The notes under the pieces were generated by a model that was given only the letters and a program-made list of their open reading frames with translations, had not been told where the DNA came from and made no database searches. From a virus (Duplodnaviria; Caudoviricetes): a stretch of 44,316 nt of DNA. The stretch's first letter is position 1. Each line of letters opens with the position of its first letter. Shown piece by piece: positions 37,047 through 44,316 of the stretch. The stretch is taken from positions 1-44,316 of the IMG/VR virus record IMGVR_UViG_3300025392_000357. The stretch is one strand, 5' to 3'. Both the position numbers and the translations under genes were made by a program.

Positions 37047-37419
37047 GATTAAAATCCTTTTTAGGTTATTAGTCTTTGGTGGTGTCTAAGACTACTCATT
37101 GTGCCACAACTTTGGACAGTTGGGAAGCCCCTTGAATACTGCGTTTGTGCCACTTCTGTCCGACATATATATCGTTTTAAAAGAACACTAAAGCCAAAGT
37201 AAAACAAAGAATGTCCGAACCAAATAAAGAATGAACACATATATAAATACTCTCCTATATATAAATATATATTTAAATAGATAAGTAAGTAAGACAGTTT
37301 TTAAGGACACGCAATAACTACGGGGCTTGGCGACTGTCGGAAGTTAAGTCTGGTTGCTTAATCATGGATAGCTAATTTTTGAGTGTGATTAAGCAACTTT
37401 AAGACTAAGCAACAAAAAA
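37047..37419. other. AT-rich non-coding region with inverted repeats (candidate origin or control region)
   Basis: TA-rich tract at about 37237-37292; perfect 12-bp inverted repeat 37353-37364 / 37386-37397. Confidence 0.45.
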
Positions 37420-37436
37420 CGGGTCAGTCTGACCCG
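37420..37436. repeat. 17-bp palindromic element, copy 3
   Basis: CGGGTCAG-T-CTGACCCG; supplies the TGA stop of 37424-37639. Confidence 0.95.
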
Positions 37437-37639
37437 AAAAGATCGAGTTGCTTTGGTGCTTGGGTATACCATGCTTGGTAGTCTGACTCGGTCTCGAACA
37501 CTAAGCCACGTTCCATGAGGTTGTGTTTCTTAAACACGTAGACCATGTGTTGCTTGTTGGGTGAGGGCTTGTAGTGTTGCACGTGGTAGTGCGTTGAGCC
37601 GATGGTGATTGTGCCGTGGTAGGTGATGGTTGGTTTCAT
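37424..37639 (-). CDS. Small early protein ending QLDLFGSD
   Basis: AGGAG RBS; 71 aa. Confidence 0.7.
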   Translation of the reverse strand: MKPTITYHGTITIGSTHYHVQHYKPSPNKQHMVYVFKKHNLMERGLVFETESDYQAWYTQAPKQLDLFGSD

Positions 37640-37640
37640 G

Positions 37641-37871
37641 TTAGCTCCTGTTGTTGAGTTCTAGTAGTTGTGCTTCGGTCTTACCCTCTAGGTATTCGAC
37701 CATGCTTTTCTTGGATGTCCAGCAATTAAGCTCGGTGTCTAAGTGGTTGAATAGTTGCCATTGTTTGTCCGCTCCGATTACCTTGAAACCTACAACCCCA
37801 ATGGGGTGTGAGGGTGTTTTGAATAGCACGTGGTACGTGCCTCGTCTGTGTCGTTTGACTATTGCTTTCAT
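37641..37871 (-). CDS. Small early hypothetical protein
   Basis: GGAG RBS; 76 aa. Confidence 0.7.
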   Translation of the reverse strand: MKAIVKRHRRGTYHVLFKTPSHPIGVVGFKVIGADKQWQLFNHLDTELNCWTSKKSMVEYLEGKTEAQLLELNNRS

Positions 37872-37873
37872 GG

Positions 37874-38107
37874 TTACTCTCCAAAGGTTACAAATACTAC
37901 GTGAGCGATACCGCTCGGGTAAATGGCGATCATGTCACCAAACTTTTCTACTCTCGCTTTGATGCCCGATAGACCTGCCCAAGCCTTAGCCCTACGGACA
38001 AGACTAAGATCGGATACGTTATCAGGTAGGGCTTGCGTATGCCTACGCACCCATGAGTAGTTGGATTCGCCTGCAAATGTGTCTGTGTGTTCAAAGTGTA
38101 CTTGCAT
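37874..38107 (-). CDS. Small early hypothetical protein
   Basis: GAGGAG RBS; TDTFAGESNYSWVRR motif. Confidence 0.75.
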   Translation of the reverse strand: MQVHFEHTDTFAGESNYSWVRRHTQALPDNVSDLSLVRRAKAWAGLSGIKARVEKFGDMIAIYPSGIAHVVFVTFGE

Positions 38108-38109
38108 GA

Positions 38110-38250
38110 TTAAAACTCCTCGTTAAGAATACGGATTACCTCGGCATCGTCTCGATCTTTAAGAGCTTCGCAAAGCTCGTCATTTTCAAGGGCAAGTTGA
38201 GGGTCAATGGTGCGCTCGGCACACTCGGACATGAATTCTGTTTTAGTCAT
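38110..38250 (-). CDS. Small acidic early protein, 46 aa (not in ORF track)
   Basis: MTKTEFMSECAERTIDPQLALENDELCEALKDRDDAEVIRILNEEF; GGAG RBS. Confidence 0.7.
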   Translation of the reverse strand: MTKTEFMSECAERTIDPQLALENDELCEALKDRDDAEVIRILNEEF

Positions 38251-38327
38251 AGTGATCTCCAATTAAAAAGGTTAGACAAGGAATGGAACAGCGCAGAGAC
38301 CTCGCATCTTTGCGCTCGAAATAAAAA

Positions 38328-38344
38328 CGGGTCAGACTGACCCG
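38328..38344. repeat. 17-bp palindromic element, copy 4
   Basis: CGGGTCAG-A-CTGACCCG, 4 nt after the stop of 38349-38783. Confidence 0.95.
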
Positions 38345-38348
38345 AAAA

Positions 38349-38783
38349 TTACTTAGTCATCGCTTTGATCTGTGCGAGTGCCTCAGCATGATACGCTTTG
38401 ATCTCATCAATGCTCAGACCTTGGTAGAGTTGCACAAAGGCTTTGACCTTAGTCTTACTGACCTTGATCTCCTCGGTGCGATCTGATGTATTTGCCTTAG
38501 TCTCGGCATGCCTGGTAGTGCCTTGTAGCATGAGCATGATGTCACGTACAACAGTCTTGGTTTTCTCATACTGTTTGTGTTTGCTATCTAGCATTACCTT
38601 GCCTGTTGATTCGCTCACGTTGAATTTGCACTTAGTCTTAGAGCATGCCCACTCGATCACAATGGGTCTGCACTCCTCGACTGTTGCGTATCCTGCGTCT
38701 CGCATACCCTTGATGAGTTGGACACGTGCAGTAGCAAACGTGTTGAGTGTTGTAAAGGCTTGTTGTTTGTTTTGAATTGTCAT
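38349..38783 (-). CDS. First gene of the leftward early operon, hypothetical
   Basis: AGGAGAAAGCA RBS; 144 aa. Confidence 0.75.
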   Translation of the reverse strand: MTIQNKQQAFTTLNTFATARVQLIKGMRDAGYATVEECRPIVIEWACSKTKCKFNVSESTGKVMLDSKHKQYEKTKTVVRDIMLMLQGTTRHAETKANTSDRTEEIKVSKTKVKAFVQLYQGLSIDEIKAYHAEALAQIKAMTK

Positions 38784-38884
38784 AATGCTTTCTCCTAAAA
38801 GTTAATGAATGTCAACGGCTCTCACCTATTGACAATTCCATTGTAGAACAAGGGGGTATTTGATCGCCTCGAACTGGGTACTTT

Positions 38885-38901
38885 AGGGTCAGTTTGACCC
38901 A
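38885..38901. repeat. Degenerate palindromic element, copy 5, flanks reversed
   Basis: TTT-AGGGTCAG-T-TTGACCCA-TTTTTT. Confidence 0.75.
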
Positions 38902-39041
38902 TTTTTTGACTACTTTTGACCCCACACTACCCCCATCCCCCTCTTTTAGACCATAGTGACCCTCCGACCATGAACACTGTTCCTCACCCGCTCCCACTAT
39001 TCCTGTAATACCATAGTAATATTATAAAAAATCCAAACACC

Positions 39042-39063
39042 TATTGTCTAACGTTTGACAATA
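39042..39063. promoter_or_regulatory. 22-bp operator-like palindrome in the divergent control region
   Basis: TATTGTCTAACGTTTGACAATA, one mismatched pair; contains TTGACA. Confidence 0.65.
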
Positions 39064-39069
39064 CAATAT

Positions 39070-39107
39070 AAAAAAACCCCCCAAGTTGATTAGTGCAACG
39101 TTGGGGG
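39070..39107 (-). terminator. Intrinsic terminator-like hairpin facing leftward
   Basis: CCCCCAA-GTTG..CAAC-G-TTGGGGG stem followed by a T-run on the minus strand. Confidence 0.55.
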
Positions 39108-39213
39108 ATATAAAAGAGGAGCCAACCTCTAGGAGAGAGCAAATGCACAACTTGCGCACTTGACAGAATGTAGTATATACTATATCCACCCGAGGTTACA
39201 AGGACCTACGCGA

Positions 39214-39798
39214 ATGTTAGAACACCTTATTGATTTTGAACCAGAAGTGAGTGACAACTCACATGGATTCGTGTCGCTTGAAAAAAGTACCCCGTCCCAG
39301 ACTGTGGACGCTAAAGTAAATACCCTCGACTGGCTCCAGCAACTGGGAGCCGTTGACACGGATAAGAAGGCAGACGAGCTGGACACCCAGCACGCACGCA
39401 AGGCTTTTGCCAATCTCGTATCCGCCACACCTGACGAAATCACACATACATCGCTTGCTGAAATTAAAACGCCACAAGCCGTACGCCATTTGGTCACCAT
39501 GCTGACCGCTTACGACTGGGAGTTTGTAGAGCGAGCCAAAGAACTGAGAGGCTACACGGTAGCTAAAATTTTGGAAGAATGTGAGAACCCAAGTGCCAGC
39601 ATACGCCTCAAAGCGCTTGCACTACTGGGCAAGGTCACAGAGGTCGGACTCTTTACAGACAAGATCGAGGTCAAGAAAACCGAGATGTCAGACGCAGAGA
39701 TCGACTCCAAGATTAAAGAAAAGCTCAATCGGTTCATGGGTGTGGTAGACGTTACGGATGTGGGGGATGTTCTTGAAACTCAACGACCTAACGCTTAG
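39214..39798 (+). CDS. Putative terminase small subunit
   Basis: Directly upstream of and overlapping terL; IRLKALALLGK..VGLFTDKIEV pattern; AAGGA RBS before ATG 39214. Confidence 0.6.
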   Translation: MLEHLIDFEPEVSDNSHGFVSLEKSTPSQTVDAKVNTLDWLQQLGAVDTDKKADELDTQHARKAFANLVSATPDEITHTSLAEIKTPQAVRHLVTMLTAYDWEFVERAKELRGYTVAKILEECENPSASIRLKALALLGKVTEVGLFTDKIEVKKTEMSDAEIDSKIKEKLNRFMGVVDVTDVGDVLETQRPNA

Positions 39799-41311
39799 TC
39801 CCCAAGAAATCCAGGCGCTGCAGACCGCCCTTCCCCGTATGAGTACGGCGGAAAAGATTGAACTGATGGAGATGCTCGAGGTCAGAGAGCAAAGATTTAA
39901 AGTAGCCACCGCCCAAAACAGCGTCCTTGAGTTTGCCAAACGGGTCTATCCGGGCTTTAAAGTGGGTCCCCACCACAGGAAACTGGCATCTATATTTGAA
40001 GCGGTGCTAAGTGGTGAGAAAAAACGGGTGATTATCAACATCGCGCCCCGTATGGGTAAGTCTGAGTTCAGCTCTTACTTGTTTCCTGCTTACTTTTTAG
40101 GCAAATTCCCTGAGAAAAAGATCATCATGGGCACCCACACCGCGGGTTTGTCTGAGGATTTTGGACGCAGGGTGCGAAACTTGATCAATTCGGAGGAGTT
40201 CCATGAGCTATTTCCCAACACCGAGGTCTCAGACGACCAAAAAGCCGCAGGCAAGTGGTCTACTTCAAGAGGTGGACAGTATTATGCAGCGGGTGTCGGT
40301 GGTGCACTTGCAGGACGTGGCGCGGATTTGTTCGTTATCGACGACCCCCACTCAGAGCAAGATGTCAAAGCGAATTCAAGACTGGCTTTTGATAATGCGT
40401 GGTCGTGGATGCAGACAGGACCGCTCCAGCGTTTGATGCCGGGCGGGGCGATCATTGTGATTATGACGCGTTGGGGACTGCTGGACCTGACGGGGCGCCT
40501 GATTGACTACCAAACGAGAAACCCGGACTCCCCCAGATGGGAGATTGTGGAGCTGCCTGCAATACTGCACGAGGGCACGGAGAATGAGAAGTCGCTATGG
40601 CCTGAGCAGTGGCCGCTTGAGGCGCTGAAATCTGCAAAAGCATCTATTGATCCGAGGTATTGGAACGCACAGTACATGCAGCAGCCAACGAGCGACACCT
40701 CTGCGGTTATTGCGCGAAAAGCATGGCGCGTTTGGACTCAGGACAACCCACCTCCTTGTGAATATGTGATTCAGTCTTGGGATACGGCGTTTGAGACCAA
40801 GAACAATTCTGACTATTCAGCGTGCACAACGTGGGGCGTTTTCTACAACGAAGAAGAAAACATGAAGCCGCAAGTCATCTTACTGGATGCGTTCAAGGAT
40901 AGAATGGCGTTTCCAGAACTCAAGGCAATTGCGCTCAAGCATTACAAAGAATGGGAGCCAGATGCGTTTATTGTGGAGAAAAAAGCCGCAGGTGCTCCAC
41001 TGATTCAAGAGTTACGTGCGATGGGCATACCTGTGCAAGAAACAAATCCGAGCAGAGGCAACGACAAGATGGTGCGTCTAAACGCCGTGTCTGATCTGTT
41101 CGCAAGCGGCATGGTCTGGGCACCAGACACACGCTGGGCTAGAGAGGTGATTGAAGAAGTTGCGTCATTCCCAGTCGGGGACAACGACGACTATGTGGAT
41201 ACAACGTCTCAAGCGTTGATGCGCTTTAGACAAGGCGGCTTTATTGCACTTGACTCAGATGAGCGCGATGAGCTAAGAACATTTAGGCGTAAAAGCGCTG
41301 CATACTATTAA
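39767..41311 (+). CDS. terL: Terminase large subunit
   Basis: Walker A APRMGKS, Walker B FVIDDP, MTRW, nuclease SWDTA..DYSA, IVEKKAAG and DDYVDTTSQAL. Start codon uncertain (39758/39767/39773). Confidence 0.95.
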   Translation: MFLKLNDLTLSPQEIQALQTALPRMSTAEKIELMEMLEVREQRFKVATAQNSVLEFAKRVYPGFKVGPHHRKLASIFEAVLSGEKKRVIINIAPRMGKSEFSSYLFPAYFLGKFPEKKIIMGTHTAGLSEDFGRRVRNLINSEEFHELFPNTEVSDDQKAAGKWSTSRGGQYYAAGVGGALAGRGADLFVIDDPHSEQDVKANSRLAFDNAWSWMQTGPLQRLMPGGAIIVIMTRWGLLDLTGRLIDYQTRNPDSPRWEIVELPAILHEGTENEKSLWPEQWPLEALKSAKASIDPRYWNAQYMQQPTSDTSAVIARKAWRVWTQDNPPPCEYVIQSWDTAFETKNNSDYSACTTWGVFYNEEENMKPQVILLDAFKDRMAFPELKAIALKHYKEWEPDAFIVEKKAAGAPLIQELRAMGIPVQETNPSRGNDKMVRLNAVSDLFASGMVWAPDTRWAREVIEEVASFPVGDNDDYVDTTSQALMRFRQGGFIALDSDERDELRTFRRKSAAYY

Positions 41312-41319
41312 GGACAGAT

Positions 41320-43881
41320 ATGGCAACCAATATTGATAAAGCACTTTACTCGGACACTCAGGGCATTGCTGCACAACACTCGGACGAACCCATTGAGATT
41401 GAAGTCATAGACCCAGAGGCGGTGCACATTACTGCTGGAGACATGGAGCTTGATATTGAAAAAGCCGAGGCAGAAGATTTTTATAAAAATTTAGCAGAAG
41501 ACATGCCTGAAGCCGACATGGCAAGCATGGTGAGTGAGTTAGCATCTGCAATTGAGAACGACAAAGGTTCGCGCAAAGACTGGGAAAAAGCGTATGTAAT
41601 GGGACTCAAGCTACTGGGTCTACAGTACGAAGAAAGAACGGAGCCGTGGAACGGAGCGTCAGGCGTGTTCCACCCCATGATTACAGAAGCCGTAGTTAGG
41701 TTCCAAAGTGAAACGATCACCGAGATGTTTCCCGCCCAAGGTCCCGTTCGTACTAAAATTTTAGGTAAAGAAACACCAGAGAAAAAAGAAGCTGCCATCC
41801 GTGTTGAGGATGACATGAATTATGAGCTGACCGAGGTGATGGTTGAGTTCAGACCCGAGCACGAGCGCATGCTCTGGAGCCTCCCCGCCACAGGCTCTGC
41901 GTTCAAAAAAGTGTACGACGACATCACACTTGGACGCCAAACATCCATGTTTGTACCCGCAGAAGATGTGCTTTTGCCCTACGGTACGACCGACATGGAC
42001 ACTTGCTACCGTATGACCCACGTCATGCGCAAGACTAGAAATGACATATTAAAGCTACAAAAGGCGGGTTTTTACCTAGACTTTGAACTACCAGACGCCA
42101 CGCAGCTTAGGGATGACATCCAGAAAGCCAAGGATATGGAGACTGGATTCAATGACTTAAACGATGATCGTTATGTCATTTATGAAGTTCACGTTGACCT
42201 AGATTTAAAAGGCTTTGAAGATAAAGACGAAGATGGCAATGAAACCGGGATTGCGTTACCATATGTCGTAACGCTGATCAAAGGGAGCAACAATGTCTTG
42301 TCAATTCGCAGGAACTGGAAGGAAGGAGACGAGAACAAACTCAAACGACAGCACTTCGTCCACTACCAGTACATCCCAGGATTTGGAGCCTACGGCTTCG
42401 GACTCTTCCATCTTATTGGTGGATTTGCAAAGTCTGCCACCTCGATTATGCGTCAACTGGTGGACGCAGGAACTCTATCTAACCTCCCCGGAGGACTTAA
42501 ATCGCGTGGGCTTCGCATTAAAGGTGATGACACGCCCATTGCACCAGGAGAATTCCGCGACGTTGATATTGCGTCGGGTCCGTTAAGAGACAATATACTG
42601 CCACTCCCATATAAGGAGCCAAGTGCAGTTTTAGCTGGATTACTGGACAAAATCGTCGAAGAAGGACGTAGATTTGCCGCAACCGCTGATATGCAGATCA
42701 GCGATATGTCCAGCCAAGCACCTGTGGGTACAACACTTGCGCTGATTGAGCGCCAGTTAAAAGTCATGACGGCGGTGCAAGCGCGTATGCACTACGCGTT
42801 CAAGCAAGAGCTAAAACTCCTTGCCAAGCTCATTAAAGAAGACACGCCCGTTGACTACGAGTACGAGCCTGAGTACGGATCCAAAACAGCTAAACAAGAC
42901 GATTACGACAATGTAGACATTATTCCCGTCAGCGATCCGAATGCGGCGACCATGTCTCAGCGTGTGGTGCAGTACCAAGCCGTGATTCAAATGGCGCAGA
43001 TGGCACCAGATATTTACGATATGCCAGAGCTTCACAGGCGCATGCTAGAGGTGATGGGTATCAAAGGCGCGGACAAGCTGGTGCCACTACCAGAGGATCA
43101 AAAACCAAAAGACCCCGTCACAGAGAACCAGTCTATTCTCAAATCAGAACCCGTCAAGGCGTTCTTTTACCAAGATCACCAGTCGCACATTCAGGTGCAT
43201 ACGTCCATGATGCAAGACCCAATCGTAATGCAACTCATTGGACAAAACCCCAACGCACCTAAGATTCAAGCGGCAATGATGGCGCACATTGCAGAGCACG
43301 TGGGCTTCCATTACAGACAACAGATTGAACAGCGCCTGGGTCTACCGATTCCAGAGCAAGATGACAAGATGGCGCCCCAAGTTGAGTTACAGCTCTCTAG
43401 CATGATGGCGCAAGCCGCGTCTCAGGTTCTGCAACAAAACCAACAGCAAGCTGCTCAACAACACGCGCAGCAACAAGCCCAAGACCCACTCATCCAGATG
43501 CAACAACAAGAGTTGCAGATTCGTCAGCAAGAGGTGCAAATCAAAGCACAAGAGGCTCAATCTAAAGCGCAACAAGCACAGGCAACTCTACAGCTCAAAG
43601 CGCAGGAAATGCAGGCTAGACAAGTCCTGGAGGGTCGCAAACTTGAGGCAACCACGATGGAGAAAGCCGGACGTATCCATATTGACAACAGACGACTTGA
43701 TGCGGACACGATGGCTAAAGCCGCACAGGTACACAACAGCAATGCACAGCTTGCGGCGGATAACCAGCATAAGATGGAGCAAATCCGTGAGCAACGCAGA
43801 GACCGTGGTGCAGACTTGATCAAACACGCAGGCACACTTGAGAAACAAAACAACCAACCCAAGGAGAAACCGACTAAATGA
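41320..43881 (+). CDS. Portal protein with long Gln-rich C-terminal coiled coil
   Basis: Follows terL; GSAFKKVY, YGFGL and DAGTLSNLPGG; P22-like barrel-type tail. Confidence 0.88.
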   Translation: MATNIDKALYSDTQGIAAQHSDEPIEIEVIDPEAVHITAGDMELDIEKAEAEDFYKNLAEDMPEADMASMVSELASAIENDKGSRKDWEKAYVMGLKLLGLQYEERTEPWNGASGVFHPMITEAVVRFQSETITEMFPAQGPVRTKILGKETPEKKEAAIRVEDDMNYELTEVMVEFRPEHERMLWSLPATGSAFKKVYDDITLGRQTSMFVPAEDVLLPYGTTDMDTCYRMTHVMRKTRNDILKLQKAGFYLDFELPDATQLRDDIQKAKDMETGFNDLNDDRYVIYEVHVDLDLKGFEDKDEDGNETGIALPYVVTLIKGSNNVLSIRRNWKEGDENKLKRQHFVHYQYIPGFGAYGFGLFHLIGGFAKSATSIMRQLVDAGTLSNLPGGLKSRGLRIKGDDTPIAPGEFRDVDIASGPLRDNILPLPYKEPSAVLAGLLDKIVEEGRRFAATADMQISDMSSQAPVGTTLALIERQLKVMTAVQARMHYAFKQELKLLAKLIKEDTPVDYEYEPEYGSKTAKQDDYDNVDIIPVSDPNAATMSQRVVQYQAVIQMAQMAPDIYDMPELHRRMLEVMGIKGADKLVPLPEDQKPKDPVTENQSILKSEPVKAFFYQDHQSHIQVHTSMMQDPIVMQLIGQNPNAPKIQAAMMAHIAEHVGFHYRQQIEQRLGLPIPEQDDKMAPQVELQLSSMMAQAASQVLQQNQQQAAQQHAQQQAQDPLIQMQQQELQIRQQEVQIKAQEAQSKAQQAQATLQLKAQEMQARQVLEGRKLEATTMEKAGRIHIDNRRLDADTMAKAAQVHNSNAQLAADNQHKMEQIREQRRDRGADLIKHAGTLEKQNNQPKEKPTK

Positions 43882-44072
43882 TTCAAGACTTCGCAGGAGC
43901 GCTGCGCCACCAAATACGCAAACAAATGAACGATTACGCTGACGATCTAGCAACAGGTCAGTGCCAAAATTTTGACCAATATCAAAAACTCTGTGGGGTG
44001 ATTTCGGGTCTAGCCATCGCAGAGGGTCTCTTACTTGACCTGCAAGAAAAGGTAGAAAAATCAGATGAGTGA
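43878..44072 (+). CDS. Small protein downstream of portal
   Basis: AAGGAG RBS, ATGA coupling; LATG...YQKLCGVISGL. Confidence 0.75.
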   Translation: MIQDFAGALRHQIRKQMNDYADDLATGQCQNFDQYQKLCGVISGLAIAEGLLLDLQEKVEKSDE

Positions 44073-44316
44073 TCTCATACTTCCAGAGCGTTTAAAGCTC
44101 AAACCAACGGTTGAAGTGATTGAACAAATTACAAAACCACCAGAGAAAGACGAGGAAAAAGCAACATTGCTCCCAACACCCTCTGGGTATCGGTTGCTTT
44201 GTAGCGTGCCCCAGGTCTCTAAAAAGATCGACGGTACTGAGCTAGACCTTGAGCGTCCTGACTTCTATGCCAAACAAGAAGAACATGCAACCACCGTGTT
44301 GTTTGTTTTGAAAGTT
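44065..44316 (+). CDS. groES: GroES-like co-chaperonin, 3' truncated (not in ORF track)
   Basis: Manual translation MSDLILPERL...LPTPSGYRLLCSVP...EEHATTVLFVLKV resembles the Cpn10 N-terminal pattern; lies in the head module. Confidence 0.6.
   Translation, partial: MSDLILPERLKLKPTVEVIEQITKPPEKDEEKATLLPTPSGYRLLCSVPQVSKKIDGTELDLERPDFYAKQEEHATTVLFVLKV

Noticed and set aside
33672-38901. Palindromic repeats as a CRISPR array
   Set aside because: Repeats are 17 bp and separated by 0.5-2.7 kb of genes, not by 30-40 nt spacers.
38812-38997. 61-aa minus-strand ORF in the control region
   Set aside because: No convincing RBS; it runs through repeats, hairpins and G-tracts better explained as regulatory DNA.
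1-44316. tRNA genes, integrase, reverse transcriptase/DGR, introns/inteins, stop-codon reassignment
   Set aside because: None recognised by eye. Core genes are uninterrupted and pack tightly under the standard code. tRNAscan and HMM searches were not run.

Overview
The window is most of a tailed dsDNA bacteriophage genome with podovirus-like (P22/T7-style ejection-protein) organisation, cut inside the structural region. Plus strand 1-16010: end of a tail/stabilisation gene, small virion genes, a SAM methyltransferase plus a DDxxD protein, and internal virion (ejection) proteins ending in a 3091-aa polyvalent protein. Minus strand 16001-38783: replication module (primase-DUF927 helicase, SSB-like protein, SNF2-like helicase, HNH, PD-(D/E)XK exonuclease, family A DNA polymerase, VRR-NUC, DUF3310), then about 40 tightly packed small early/accessory genes including two 2OG-Fe(II) oxygenases, an SPFH-like protein and an M28-like peptidase. 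Plus strand 39214-end: small and large terminase, portal, GroES-like gene (truncated). Capsid, tail fibre, lysis and integrase genes are not visible. Best leads: (1) a prenyl-diphosphate-methyltransferase-like and isoprenoid-synthase-like (DDxxD) gene pair overlapping the start of an ejection-protein gene, a candidate virion-protein prenylation system; (2) five copies of a 17-bp palindrome (CGGGTCAG-W-CTGACCCG), four at early-gene boundaries; (3) a second 16-bp operator-like palindrome at three promoter-like sites. All family assignments come from motif recognition by eye, not database searches.
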